DNA from: Euprymna scolopes
Taxonomy: Eukaryota
Reading direction: 5' to 3' (one strand)
NCBI GenBank assembly: GCA_053919585.1
Contig: CM132792.1
Length of the DNA: 64,000 bases
Shown here: positions 1-13,323 of the stretch, piece by piece
Numbering within the stretch: the first letter of the stretch is position 1
Layout of the letters: every line of letters begins with the position of its first letter
Translations under genes and position numbers: made by a program
Notes under the pieces: model-generated
Database searches by the model: none
What the model saw: only the letters and a program-made list of their open reading frames with translations
Told to the model about the DNA's origin: nothing

Positions 1-174
1 ACCATAATTAAATTTGGACTTATGTTTGCAGAAAGAGATCAATTCATTTTTAGAATTTATTATATTGTTACTTTGAGGGGAAGTAATTATGGTTATAGCT
101 TCGGTTGTGTAGAGGCGACATGATTTAGAGCCTGGAGTATAAGACTTAACTTTTTTTTATTATATATATATATA

Positions 175-421
175 TATAAAATATATATGGCGATTAAGCT
201 ACACTGAATATTCCGCGTTTCATCCACTCTAGGACTCCTCAGGCTTAGGAGTCGTAGAGTGGATGAAACGCGGAATATTCAGTGTAGCTTAATCGCCATA
301 TATATTTTATAAATTACTAACTAGCTCTACCTAAGTATTGAGCACTTTTGAAGTAAATACTTAAAGTTTACGCATAAATCTATACTTTCGTATATTAATT
401 TTATGTGAGTAAATTAAGTAG

Positions 422-424
<3 letters not shown>
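175..424. mobile_element. Penelope-like element terminus (family A), inverted pLTR fold-back between (TA)n tracts
   Basis: Palindrome ~175-311 plus tail 312-424. The same sequence recurs at 13519-13610, 14340-14420 and 19145-19397; the 14340 copy follows a GIY-YIG ORF. Confidence 0.8.
195..247 (-). ncRNA. Type I hammerhead ribozyme, family A (intact core)
   Basis: Minus strand reads TAAGC-CTGAGGA-GTCC(TAGAGT)GGAT-GAAA-CGC(GGAATATTCA)GTG-TA-GCTTA: stem I TAAGC/GCTTA, CUGANGA, stem II, GAAA, stem III and a GUA cleavage triplet. Confidence 0.85.
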
Positions 425-474
<50 letters not shown>

Positions 475-475
475 T

Positions 476-894
476 GGACTCTCCCGTCGATTTTGACGTA
501 TGAGGTTTCGCAATACCAATTAAGCTGCTCGGAAATCCACACAGATTATTTGTTTATAGTGGTGAAGGCCTTGTGTAGAACCAACCACCCTTTTTGGTAT
601 TACTGCTAACCTCCGTTGGTGTAGATAATTGCCACATGACAGAATATATAATGGATCGCAGGTTTTTACATCAGAGTTTCCTTCTCATAGATGCATGTCT
701 TAACGAAGACTAGGAGTGCATCTCACCCAGTGAATTAATGCGCCTCCAGATACCAACCTAGAAATTTCTACGACTCGGCGCGGTACATACAGCACATAAC
801 TTTCTCAAATGGTCACCCATATTTTACTGGCCAGGCTCAACGTTGCTTAATTTCGGTGATCTGTCGAAAACCGGTGTGAACGTGATTGCGCCGC
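476..894 (-). mobile_element. 5S rRNA-derived SINE (SINE3-like) with RTE-like body
   Basis: 5S-like head at 786-894. The body carries GAGAAGGAAACTCTGAT (minus, ~670-687), shared with the repeats at 19696 and 35756. Flanked by (TA)n on both sides. Confidence 0.7.
786..894 (-). pseudogene. Degenerate 5S rRNA sequence (SINE head)
   Basis: Minus strand ATCACGTT..CACCGGTTTTCGACAGATCACCGAAATTAAGCAACGTTGAGCCTGGCCAGTA..ATGGGTGACC..GTGCTGTA matches invertebrate 5S rRNA, including box A and box C regions, with indels. Confidence 0.85.
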
Positions 895-1165
895 ATATAT
901 ATATATATATATAGTGAATGAATGACAAAAGTCTATATTCCAAAGTTCATGATGTAGACCATCTAAACTTACTAATTATTAAATATAACACTCTTGGCAG
1001 AATATTCATAAATTAATAAAACGAATAGATGGGTTTAGTGACTTATTTCTAAATTCAAAATGGCGTAATAGAAACATATAAGGTATTTACAGCTTCTCTT
1101 CCAATTTTCGGATTTTAATCATGTCAAAACGCACTTTATTTCCTTTTAATAGATTGATTGTTGCT

Positions 1166-1260
1166 ATTTCGTCTGATGAGTTAAGGGCAAAATAGATTCA
1201 CTATTTGATATAATAATTAAGTGATTTACTCTGTGCTACGAAACAGATGCTGGCAAAAAT
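1166..1260 (+). ncRNA. Degenerate hammerhead motif with long stem II (family B), in an inverted PLE-like terminus
   Basis: CTGATGA at 1173-1179, GAAA at 1240-1243, stem III CAG(ATG)CTG. U16.1 is replaced by G and stem I is eroded. Inverted repeat ~1136-1157 vs ~1269-1291, adjacent to (TA)n. Confidence 0.5.
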
Positions 1261-1298
1261 TGTAAATGTCGACTGAATTAAAGGAATAAATCATAAGA

Positions 1299-1369
<71 letters not shown>

Positions 1370-1625
1370 AATTTCGCGGTTGACGGTAGCCGAATTGTTA
1401 GTGAAGCCACACATGACTTCTGTTGCCGGTATTTCATCCAAAACGGTAAAAGACTAGTATCTGTAGGTATTTAATAATTATTATAGTAAATTATGCATTA
1501 TGACAGTATGATTACAAGAAATTGGAAAGTTCTATTTATAGACAGGGGTGATAGGAACTGAGCAATCAAATAGAAACGAGGCTCAGCTATCGATTAATAA
1601 GAAATCGGAATCACTCAATAAAACA

Positions 1626-4411
1626 TTTTTTTTTACACGGTGGTCACCACTTATCAAGGCCCTGAATCCACTCGGGGATAAGGGTTATTGCAAGTACAGT
1701 ACGTTAGTGTGGAGATTTATTGAAACTTAAGGGGGCGGTTGATTAGGAATTTGTTTACGTTGGGCTTGAAGACATCCAGGTTGTAGTCAGGTGGGAAGCA
1801 GGCAGACGGAAAAGAGTTCCACAGGAGTGCAGTTCTAAGAAAGAAGCTTTGTTCATAGAATCTACGTTTTGATTTAGGCACAGATAAAGAGTGGGCAAAA
1901 TTTTTCGCAGTGGATTCAGCTAGACGGGTGTTTTTCGTGAAAGATTGGCGAGGGGGGACTAGAGATTGGAGCTCAGACGAGCACCTGCCACGGAAATAAC
2001 GATAAAACAAGGATAGGCTCGCAACGTTTCTTCCGTGGCAGAGAGGTTGCAGGGAAGAGAAAAGGGCATCCCCCACTAAGCCATGAAGTCTATTTTTACT
2101 CTGTCAAGGCAGGATAGGTTGTTTTTAGCAGCTCCTGCCTAGATATGGCAGCAGTATTCCATCCTTGGACGTACTTGGCTTTTATATAGATGGAGAATTT
2201 ATCAGTAGTGAGATATCTTCTGGAGCGGTAGAAGGATCCCACCATCTTTCCGGCGACCTTGGCAACAGACTTGATGTACGTGTTCCATTTCAGATCAGGA
2301 GTAAAGGTCAACCCCAGAAGCTTGTCAAAACATGAGGCTTCTAGACGAGAGCCATCCATTTCAATTGATGCCAGATGGGGATCAGAGCGTTGATGATGTA
2401 AGGATAGGAGTTTGGTTTTAGATGCATTAAAGGTAACCAGCCACGTCTTCTCCCACTGAACCACGCGCTCGAGATCAGAGGAGGGAGAATCAGAAAGAAC
2501 TTTGTCATTTACAGCCTTTGATGTGTTGCCGTAGATGGTCGTGTCATCAGCATAGATGTCAACGAATGATTTAAGTATGTGTTTAGGGAGATCATTGATG
2601 TAGATCAGGAAGAGAGTTGGGCCCAGGATTGACCCTTGAGGGACTCCAGCATTAATACTACAGGCCAGGCCTCTGATTTTTGTCCATCGACCACTACTCT
2701 TATGAGCCTATCGGAGAGAAATGATTTAATGATTGAAAAAACATTTCCAATTATACCGTAGCTGGAGATCTTGTGAAGTAGGCCCTTATGCCGTACCTTG
2801 TCGAAGGCCTTTGATATGTCAAGAGCAATTGCCCTGGAAAGGAAGCCTTTGTCAAGAGATGCACTAATCCTGTGAGATATAACCGTCAGCACATCTGCTG
2901 TAGATCTTGCAGAACGGAAACCATATTGTGTGTCACTAAGAAGGTTATTTCTGCTGAGGTGGTTGACTATTTCTCTATTTAATATGGATTCTAGCAACTT
3001 ACTCATAACACACAGGAGACTTATTGGTCTGTACTGAGAGGGAGATGACTTATCACCTGAATTCTTAAATATAGGGCATACTGATGAGATTTTCAAGGGA
3101 GTCGGAAGGCAACGCTTAAACAGTTTCGTAAGTATGGGAGCAACGCTTAAACAGTTTCGTAAGTATGGGAGCAAGTTCTGGTTGAAGCTTTTTTAACACT
3201 ATAATTGGGATGCCGTCAGGGTCAGTTGCTTTACTGGAATCACGGTTCTTGATTAGCTTGGCGACCTAATGCACAGATATTTGTATGTTACCTAGCGTGT
3301 TCTGTGTTATAGGAGGAAATATGGGGAGTTGATGGCCTTCGTCGCATAGGGTAGAATTAGCTGCAAAGTTCTTTGCAAATAGTTTGGCCTTGTCTGATGC
3401 TGACGAGATGACCTCAGGGCCATTGATAATGGTTGGGATAGAACGCACACTTCTGTTCAGGATCCTATTTGTTATTTGCCAAAACTGGTGGGAACCAAGC
3501 CGCTGATTAGCTACATTGGATTTAATAGACTGGGCATATAGCTCTCAAGCATTTTTATTACTCTTTTACAGTGGTTGCTGGCGTTCCTGAAAGCAGCTTT
3601 AGTCTCATTGCATTTATTACGTTGGTAGCTATGGAAAAAGTGATTTCTGTGCCCAATAGCAGCCGCACATTCTGGGGAGAATCATGGCTGGCTGTTAGGT
3701 TTTTGTTGGAAGGTTTTAGATGGTATGAATCGGTCTATGCCTACAATTAACCATTCGGTCAGGTCTGATACTATAGAGGACACATCCTTTTTTAACATGG
3801 AATGCAGAAGTAGATCAGATATAAATGTACGGAAGCTATCCCAGTCAGCCATAGAGTGTCGGTATACAGTACGGTGGAGGGGTACGTCTGGGGACTTATT
3901 ACATTTCATTTTTATCTTAACTGATACGACGGAGTGGTCGGAGGATCCTAGAGGAGAATAAACGGAACATGAACATAGCTCAGGGGAAGTTGAGAGAAAA
4001 AAGTCTAGGAGGCTTGCATATTGACCAGTAGTATCGGGCACACGGGTGGGTTCGTTAACAATCTGAGTGAGGTCATAAGCAATGGCAAAATCATGAGAAA
4101 ACCTCTCCTCATCGTCCGTCTTATTTGAATGGGTCAGCCATTCCACGTTATGGACGTTGAAGTCACCACAGATGTGAATGTTAGCCAAGGGATGTGTAGA
4201 CAGGATGTGGTCTATTTTCTCAGATATACTCTTAAAGATAGTTACTCCGCTGTTATGGGGCCTATAGAGGGCAAATATAAATGCAGTGGTGTAAGCAAGT
4301 GCAACCCGGAAGCACATATAGGGTAAATTATGATCTTCTCTAGAGATATCCTTGCCACACGGGAAGCCATATTTAATGTAGGCACATATTCCATGCCCAT
4401 GGCGATCTTTT
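1626..4411 (-). mobile_element. 5'-truncated, frameshifted APE-RT LINE (CR1/L2-group), family 1
   Basis: Endonuclease motifs ICGDFNVH, LLDFFL, GSSDH (3682-4317). RT motifs YRPISLL, QYGFR, ALDISKAFDKV (2605-3174) and IYADDTT (~2540-2560). C-terminus ASLSLFYRYF..CSSEL..SFF.RTA.LWNS (1717-2076). A-tail at 1626-1634; 31-bp tandem duplication at ~3108-3170. Confidence 0.95.
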
Positions 4412-4612
4412 AGAATTCCCGCAGATAATTTTTGTTCTACGTCTGCAAATCTTTACAATTCAAGACTTCTACGGATTGGTTATTCAACGGGAAATTAATC
4501 TTCGTCAACGAACCTTTACAATTCAAAGTGTCTCTGGATTGATAATCCAATTTGTTTGAAACAATATTTCTCTTCTATTCTCAAACTAAAATGACAATTC
4601 AGCATATATATA

Positions 4613-4677
<65 letters not shown>

Positions 4678-4772
4678 TTTCTTGCTCTCCTTTTTTTCCT
4701 TCTTTGATTCAAACTTTCTTTATGTCCACTATACGCACACACACATTCTCCCTCTCCCTCTCCCTCTCTCTA

Positions 4773-4838
<66 letters not shown>

Positions 4839-4839
4839 T

Positions 4840-5080
4840 TGGTCTTTTTGTGTCTTGATATTAAAAACAATACTCGTTTCAAAGATCTGTCTTCCCTGGT
4901 AATTGTAGACTATTTACGATCTTATCCTTTTCTGTTTGTGAAAGACTTTTTAATCGTTGTTTGGACTCCCTCCCTTGAACATTTCTTTTTGCTGACAATT
5001 TCTACCTGAGAATGTCTTCGACGAGATGAAGCAACAATTTGTGCCCTTTTAATATCTGAAAGCTCCTTCTTTGGAGGGAT
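4840..5080 (-). pseudogene. Tc1-like transposase N-terminal (HTH) remnant
   Basis: Minus translation [55 protein letters not shown], with in-frame stops. Confidence 0.7.
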
Positions 5081-6149
5081 TTCCAATTAAATATACTATT
5101 ATTACACTACCAGGAATCAAATATTACCTGAAAACATAAGAAACAACTTTTAGTGTGACAATTAATCATTTTGAATATTGGAAGAATTTAGTATGAAACT
5201 CAGCTAAAACTCTTGAAAAAGCAAAAAAAAAAGAATACAATCTACTGTTAAATAATTTACATTTGCTCTCAATTCTTCACTTTGAAATTCGTAATCTTTA
5301 AATGCGTAGGTTTAAACTATTATCTAAGTTTTTTTATAGGTGATCCATAATTTTGGTCTTGGCTTTAAATACACAATATACTATATGACCATAAAATATT
5401 ATATGCGTATGTACATTAAATAATTAAAGTATACATGTGTGTGTGTGTTCGAGTTGCGTGTGATCTAAGCAAGTGTTTAAAAGCAACGAAAACACTTTAA
5501 TGAGACTTTGACTAAATAGCAATAACAGAGACGACACGCAACTCATATGAGAAATAGATGAATGAGAAAAATAAAAGAATAAAGGATCATGAGATTTTAT
5601 TGTTTTCATACAAGAAATAAAAAAAACAGCCTTGGGCAGGCGGTATTAAATCTCCTTCACAACAGAAGGTTTAAATAATCGTACAAAAAGAATCATTAAA
5701 ATTGCAACCCGGCAGAATAGTGATTCGTATTTGATAAGTTTAATGAAACGAAATGTTTAAGAGAATCATATTCATAAATCGAGTTTATCTCTTTCTGCAT
5801 TTTAAATTTCAACTCATGACAGAAGATATAACAAAGTGTCTGCTTCCTTTGTTACAGCTTATTTTACTCGTTGGTCTAGTAATCTTCGGTCAATTCGCTG
5901 TTTTAAAACGGCGTTGTAATACAGCTTCTTATTCCAGTATCTTCTTTCCAAGAACTGCAAGCTTGTGAAATTTTCTTCCTATTGACTGTTTTCCTTCTAC
6001 TGATAGTCTTGATCTTTTCCCCTATCTTTTCCATAATCATCTTTCGTTCTTGTTAGCTCTTTACATCAAGCGACTTCACGCCTTGTCTGGAGCTATTTTC
6101 ATTTAAAAAAAAAAAGATATGTAAAAAGAAAAGATAGAAGATATGTTTA

Positions 6150-7090
6150 TATATAAACAGTCTGGATGTTTACACCTAAATATGATAAGAATCGTCACGA
6201 TCGCCTCCAGCTGATGTTTCCACGGAACATAAAAAGGGTCAGAAAAATGGTGTCCCTCTTCTTGAACAGAAAAAAAGCGACGATTGTGCATCTTCTTTTG
6301 ATGTCCGTGGAGACCACTAATTGGCAATTGGGTGAAAAAATTCTATTGTTGACTTATGCTATGAGGTGACCTGATTCTGTGGACTAGAGTCAGGTCACCT
6401 CATAGCATAAAAAAATGGACTCTTTCTACTATGCAAGAAAAATTCTCACACCTGGCAATATCCTATATGTTCGTCCATGCATGGAATATTGTTGCTGCAT
6501 ATGAACCTGTGCACCAACCACTAATCTCTTCCAGACGATTATCAGCTAAACCTCTTTGCATAACAGAGTGTCTTGCTTAGAGTTCAAAATAGACTTCGTA
6601 GCCTCATAGGAGATGTCCTTTTTGTTCTTCCCTGCAACCTCTTTCTCACAGAAGAGATGTAGTAAGTTTGTCTTTGCTTTATCGTTATTTTCATGGCAAC
6701 TGCGCGACTGGGTTTCAATCTATGGCCCCCCTTCGCCAAACTTTCACAAGAAACACTCGTCTAATTGAAAACACTATCAATAATTCCCCCTACTCTTTAT
6801 CTGTGCCTAAACCTAAACGTAGATTCCGTGAACAAAGCTTCCTCCTTAGAACTGCACGCCTGTGGAACTGTCTTCTGTTTTCCTGCTTTCCAGCTGACTA
6901 CAATATGGTCGTCTTCAAGTCCAATATAAATAAGTTCTTGATAAGCCGTTCCCCTTAAGTTAAAAAATTTACTGAATTTCCATTACTGACAATTACTATA
7001 TTGTCCAATTGACTACTGTACACTCTTTAACTCTCATCCTCGAGTGGCCACTAGGCCTTGATAAGTGGTGATGCCTATGAAAAAAAAAGA
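6150..7090 (+). mobile_element. Degenerate family-1 LINE 3' half
   Basis: SFYYARK..VRPCMEYCC at ~6420-6500; ORF 6668-6958 similar to 1717-2076; conserved 3' UTR GGCCTTGATAAGTGGTGA and A-tail. Confidence 0.85.
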
Positions 7091-7369
7091 AAACGGCCTT
7101 TCTCTTGCCTTCATTCTCAATATCATTGGCTTCGAAAACAAAACTTTACACGTTCAATTTAGTTATTTGAATTCATTTTCTACATTGGCCAATTTCAATA
7201 AAGTATCATACCAGACACGCGGGAAAAACTAATATGCACATAACCAAAGCAAATGATATCTAGTCTGTAGTTGAATGGATAAGTAAATAGATGGTAATAT
7301 TTCATGCTACTAAGACAAAGCTCCTTTCCATTCAATAATTACAAAGAATCTTTCTAGTCATCAATTCTA

Positions 7370-7812
7370 TCTATTCCCTATCCATAGTCTGGTTGACCGT
7401 AAGGGGCGCCTCTGCAGAAACTCTCACTAACTCTCTTCACTCTCGTCTCTCATGTGCTATTGTGATGGTGTCGCTGGCCCTCAGGCCTGTTCATTCCCTG
7501 ATGTTATCCTCCCATCTCTTCTTCTGTTCTCCACGCCTTTTTCTTCTCTTACTGTCCACTGCATTATTGTTTGAGCAGGTGCTATTGATTTCATACCACT
7601 GTAATTTGCGCCGTTTTCCAGTGTTAAAAAGATTTCCATAGGGCCACAAGCTTGCTTTTACTGGTTGGTTACTTCCTCGTTTGTAATGTGGCCATTGTAG
7701 GAAATACCAAGTATTTTGCGGTAGCACATCATCTCGACTGTGTGTATCACGCAGTCGAGATGAGGTGCTACCACAAAATACTTGGTATTCCAGTCTCTGC
7801 TGTTACCTAACA
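7370..7812 (-). mobile_element. RTE-clade LINE 3' fragment with inverted 5' junction
   Basis: Minus translation KRRKLQWY...KRRGEQKKRWEDNIRE and VEMMCYRKILGI are typical of the RTE C-terminus; hairpin at 7703-7789. Confidence 0.8.
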
Positions 7813-7814
7813 GT

Positions 7815-8092
7815 TGGTTGGTTGGTTGGTTTTGTTTTACGGCATATCAACCCTTTTCAGGTTATTTAATGCCGAACCCAATGATTTTGAAGAAAAAATT
7901 TTAATAGAATATATTTGTTGTTTTCAAGTTGGTTTCTATTTAACCCATAGTTGGGACCCTAATAGATACTACCGTTCAGGGTCAGAGTGGACCTGGGAGC
8001 AATGGCAATTAAAGGGTGGTTCCACACTCCCCAAAGCCCGCAAGCTGGGGCCTCATCACTGGATATAGTTTAAGGTCATATCCAGGACCTCT
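7815..8092 (-). mobile_element. SINE (conserved central domain plus (AACC)n-tailed LINE-like 3' end)
   Basis: Minus strand ends GGCATTAAATAACCTGAAAAGGGTTGATATGCCGTAAAACAAAACCAACCAACC; body has CCCAGGTCCACTCTGACCC. A near-identical 3' part recurs at 8808-8943. Confidence 0.7.
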
Positions 8093-8807
8093 ACTGTTAG
8101 GTTTCACGATTTACAAACATACAGGAATATTTACGTTTAATGGACGCATGAGTCCAATCTTTGATTCGAGTCATATATTGCTATCTTTTCATATTGGATT
8201 GAGTTTTGTGAAAGATACGGTGGTTTCGCCAATCCTGGATAATAACTCAGGTTTGGACTCTTCATCATACACAATTACCACAAGATATTAAAAGCTATTT
8301 ACAGCTGCCAGTTTCTGACTATTCACTGATGTCTTTAGTGATGCAATTATTGGTGTCTATCACCAGCTTTCTCTTTTGGCACTAGTCTGCATGCCATAGA
8401 CTATAAAATCTTTTTTTTCAGATGTTCAACAATTACCATAGACAATAACCTTCATAAATAATATGAATTTGAAATCCTCAATACTATTTGCCTCGAAAAC
8501 AAAGCATTACACGTCTAATGTGGTTATTCAAATCCTTTTCTATATTGCTCCATTCCCGTAAAGAGTATCAATATTTCTGCTATTCAAAAAAAAAAAAATA
8601 AATAACTCTTTATGTCTAGTCTCTAACACGTTATCTATTCAAGGGTAATCGGTGATTTTGGAATGGCGACACATTTTTACGAGCAACTTACTAGGGTCCA
8701 CAATTAAATTGATTTATATCGCTAGAAAAATACGAATGAAAAAGTCTTACGCTATGAGATAAGCTTATCTGCCGATTTCAGGAATAGGGGACTTAAGCGT
8801 CTAACCA

Positions 8808-8943
8808 TTGGTTGGTTGGTTTTGTTTTACGGCATATCAACCCTTTTCAGGTTATTTAATGCCGAATCCAAAGATTTTGAAGAACACATTTTTAATAGAA
8901 TATATTTGTTGTTTTCAAGTCGGTTTCTATTTAACCCATAGTT
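8808..8943 (-). repeat. Second, truncated copy of the 7815 SINE 3' end
   Basis: About 135 bp nearly identical to 7815-7953. Confidence 0.8.
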
Positions 8944-8944
8944 G

Positions 8945-9560
8945 TTTTTATATTCTTTGAGAGCTAGTTTGCTGTATTCAATTATTATGTGGTTTCCTGT
9001 TTTGTCATTTTGTTTATAAAATCTACATTTGCCGTTTTCTTGTGTTTTCGATCTTTGCTTTCATTCTAATCACGTTGTTTTGTGCGGTTGTTAGTAGTGA
9101 TTCAGTTTTTCTGTTTAGATTTCTTTTCGTAGCCATGTCCACGTGTTTTAGTGAATCTCATCTTTTGATATCGATATGAATCGTCTGTGTATCTGTTTCC
9201 CTTCCCATTTTTTCATTTCTCATCTTCTCTTTTACCACTCTGTTCTCTGTCTTGTTCATTTTTATAATGTCTCTTGCTGCGGTGATTAGCCTTTCTGTGT
9301 TCTATATTAAGTATTTTTCTTATTCTTTGTGTGTGTGTGTCATTCACAGTTTTCTATACTAACCAATCATCTTCCTCCGACTTTGTTTTTCACATAGAGT
9401 TGGTCAGCATTATCCTCTGTGTATAGTGCATTGTGCATGATCATAAGTTTCCTGGTCTTTTGATCGAAATGTCTCAATTCTTCTTTAGTACAATCTATGA
9501 ACGGCCCAGAGTATCTTATTAATGACGCTGCTATTACTATTATATTATGTGTACCCACTA
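8945..9560 (-). mobile_element. R4/Dong-clade (RLE) non-LTR retrotransposon fragment
   Basis: Minus translation IRYSGPFIDCTKEELRHFDQKTRKLMIMHNALY..DQLYVKNKVGGR, then TWTWLRK..NRKTESLLTTAQNNVIR. Confidence 0.85.
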
Positions 9561-9920
9561 GTAGTTCTCACAAAGGCCATGACCAGAGATTACTCACTGA
9601 CCGATAGTATTTCCTAGAGTATTGGTGACAACATTCTTCCCAGATTACGAGTATTCTTCCCTTCTTTCGACAACCTTTGCAAATGAATTTGCGTGATCGA
9701 AACAGCCGTTTGCCATTGCCTTTTCGTTGGTAATGACCTCACTGGAATTTGTGTGACAATAAGCTTCCCCAGGGATCTACTTTCCTTTGCACCTATCTAG
9801 TGGAAGTCTGGTTAGTGTTTTCACTCATCGCTTTTTTCTATCCTGCTTGACTCTTCTCGGCTAATAATGCCAGCACTCCACTTTTGTTGGGGTGGATGGA
9901 GAGGTAGTTAACTTATAATT

Positions 9921-9965
<45 letters not shown>

Positions 9966-9967
<2 letters not shown>

Positions 9968-10551
9968 CGGCAAAAAAGCACAACCGCGTGGGACTTCGGA
10001 TATACTGGGAGGTTTGTAGGAAGTTTGGGGTGAAGTGTGCTGAGAAGTAGTTTGATCAAGTACCTGATGAAATAAGAACAAGCGAGGATGGTAATGTAAA
10101 GATATGGTGGGACAAAACTTTCGTGACAATCAAGCAAATGAAAAATAATCGTCCGGATTTGGTAGTCATTGACAAGGTCCCTAAGAGGTTGCAAATTGTA
10201 AACTTTCAGTGGTCTGGGACAAGAATGTGATTAAAAAAAAGAGTGGGGAGTTTGGCAATTACGCTACGTTAGGATTGGTATAAGTCGTATACGTGGAGTT
10301 AAAATCAAAGTAATCTCGGTGGTAGTTGGTATGCTACGTGTAGTATCAAGTCATCTGGGAGGACATTTGGAAAAAACTATGATTCACTGACGCTTTAGAC
10401 GGTTTTCAGATCTGTGCTATTGTAGGTACCACCAATATCTTTAAGAAACCCCTTGATCTTTGAAGCTATTGATTTTGAGTCGGGATTGAGGGAGCGTCCT
10501 CTGGGAATGAATCCCATCTCTGTTCAGGAAGATGGTATTAAACGAAAGCAA

Positions 10552-10553
<2 letters not shown>
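9966..10553 (+). mobile_element. R4/Dong-clade LINE 3' fragment, restriction-like endonuclease domain
   Basis: Translation KHNRVGLRIYWEVCRKFG..VKIWWD..NNRPDLVVIDK..VISVVVG, with stops and frameshifts; lies between (TAG)n and (TAT)n tracts. Confidence 0.85.
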
Positions 10554-10606
<53 letters not shown>

Positions 10607-11374
10607 GCTGTATCAGTTCTGCAAAACATGATGTCGAAAAGTATAACATTTTTCGAACAAGTACTTTAAACTTTAAGCATTAAAAATTGACATTTTTATA
10701 TCACAATTAAATATATTTTCCTTCAAACTAAGAATTTTATCCATAACAGTCGCCTGTTGCTACTTTACATCAAGCGACTACAGACAAATTTCACTTTTCA
10801 TATAATACTTCGAATCAGCTGCTCCTGATGTTATATATAGGGAATTACCTCCCTTTGTATAAAGCACTATTTATAGATACATGTACGTAATGTTTATTAT
10901 TATGGCTGATTATAGACACAATGCAATTAGGACAAAGACACGCGGGCAGTGATGGCATTCGGGTATGTTGTTCAAACTCGGTGACCGGCCTTCAGTGCAC
11001 TCGAGTTCCCACCCCGATGTAAAGAAGACAACCCTTTCTGGTGATAATTTTATACTAGATAGAAATTAGATAAGAAAAATGACGCGACATGTCAGACATA
11101 TTAATTAACCATCCAGTTTTCTACTGTGTTGCGTCTGATGCCAGAGAAATGGGAGACGCAAGAAGTTATGACGTAAAACAAAAACAGTCGTGTCATTATT
11201 AACCGGTCGTAATTGCTCGTCATTTCGTCTCAGCGAATAGAGTTGTTACTTATTTGTTTGATTCGTTTTATTTTCAAAATCACGACTCTATAATAATATA
11301 TACGAAATCTGGACAAATTAAAATATAATATTTAAGCATATTTTACAACCGGGCAAAGCCGGGTGCCCCACCTA

Positions 11375-12125
11375 GTATATATATATATAAGTGAACGCGT
11401 CTGTGTGTGTACATTTCCCTACGCAATATCTCTGTCGATTTTAAGTCTACAGACTCGAAATTTGATATACAGGGTACTGAGATTTGGGAAAATCGATGTG
11501 ATCGGTTTTCGGCCCAAAATGTGGCTGTTAAGGGGTCAAAGTTCAACAATTTGACCTTTGAGAACTCTACCTAACTCCTCCGCCAATCTTGGGTCTAAAT
11601 ACTTGAAATTTTAGATATAGGTTCCTTGGACATGGCTCTAACTTAATAAATTGATTTGAGCCCAAAACAATAAATGTGAAGGGGTCATAATAGGGGTCAA
11701 ATTTTTAAAAAAATTTACCTCTGCGGTCTCTACAAAATTACTCAGAAAATTTCTGGTTTAAACATTTGAAATTTTACATAAAGCGTATTCAGAGATAGGG
11801 CAAGCTTTTTAATCGGTTTGGGTCGAAAATTTTAGCTATTAATATATAAATGTATGTATGCATGTCTGCCTAAAACTTTCGACAGAGGCGATGAATTTTC
11901 ATAGGGTCAGTATCGTTTTGAAGCTCGAAACTTCAGACGACAAATACCGAAAAATTGGCTCAAAACATTAATTTCTACAGCCTCATATGGGGCATTTTTC
12001 TAGATGGAGAGGTCGCTTTTTTCACCGATATTTTCGAAAGTCGTCCTCTCTTTTCGAATGTCTAGCCTTAATTTAAACCTACGTCACTTTCGGTTTGTCG
12101 GTGGTCGTAACAGCAAAGACATTAA
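11375..12125 (+). mobile_element. Non-autonomous Helitron, family H1 (3'-truncated), directly after another Helitron 3' end
   Basis: Homologous to 12509-13198; preceded by CCGGGCAAAGCCGG..CTAG at 11349-11374. Confidence 0.7.
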
Positions 12126-12508
12126 TCATTTTAGTAAATAATTATCTATCTATACTCATATAAATTCGTTTTCCTTTTGTGTGTATTCATATTCATATTA
12201 AAAACCCTCTTTTATATTTATTTAAAAAGAAAATACAATTTTCTCATAAATGGGTATTGGAATTGCATTCACTAGCAAAAGATCTAGCTAATTTGCATAT
12301 TCTTTTGAACATTCATTTTCATTAATTCCCGATTAGTTTTTTCGGTTTCCTTATGGGATGATCATCTTTAGTTAGCTATTACGTGTAATTATATTCATGC
12401 AGATATTCTACATGATTTATACTTGCATAATATTTGCGTAAAAAGTTTACAGTAAACACAAAATTGATTTCCATATATATTTATGTATACGTATATATTT
12501 TTGTTTAA

Positions 12509-12544
<36 letters not shown>

Positions 12545-13198
12545 TGAACGTGTATGTGTGTGTGTGCCTGTGTGTACATTTCCCTACGCAATTACTCTGT
12601 CAATTTGACTGTTAAGGGGTCAAAGTTCAACGATTTGACCTTTGAGAACTCTACCAAACTCCTCCGACAATTTTGGGTCTAAGCACTTGAAATTTTATAT
12701 ATAGGTACCTTGGACATGGATCTAACTTAATAACTGGATTTGAGTCTAAAACAATAAATATTAAGGGGTCACCAAGTTACCAATATATAAATGTATGTAT
12801 GTATCTATGTATGTATGTCTGCCTAAAACTTTCGACAGAGGCGACGGATTTTTACAAGATCAGTATCGTTTTGAAGTTCGACCTTTCAGACGACAAATAT
12901 CGAAAAATTGGTTTAAAACATTAATATCTACACCTTCAACTGGGCACTTTTCAACAGGGGGTCGCTTTTTTTTCGCCGATATTTTTGAAAGTCATCCTCT
13001 CCTTTCAATTGTCTAGCCTTAATTAAATATGCGTCACTTCCGGTTTGGCGGTGGTCGTAACCACAAAGACGTCAGTTTTTTCCCCCGTTCTTTTCCTCCT
13101 TTGTGGTACGGGTTCGAGCCTGCCTTCCTACTACCACTTTCTTTTCTTGCTCAACACACACATCCAAACACCCGGGAAAAGCCGGGCTGAAATGCTAG
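12509..13198 (+). mobile_element. Non-autonomous Helitron, family H1
   Basis: 5' TC, 3' hairpin CCCGG-GAAAAG-CCGGG (13171-13186) followed by CTAG, inserted between A and T. Confidence 0.85.
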
Positions 13199-13323
13199 TA
13201 TATATATAAAATTACTTTGATTTTTGTTTTTTTGGGGGGGGAGAAATCCAGCAGAGTGCTCAATTATAAGGAAACCCCGAAAATAGGAGCGTATTATTTA
13301 TATTTTGTTTACAGAAAGTTTTA

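Noticed and set aside
786-894. Functional 5S rRNA gene
   Set aside because: Several indels and substitutions, no oligo-T terminator, and it continues into a repeat body.
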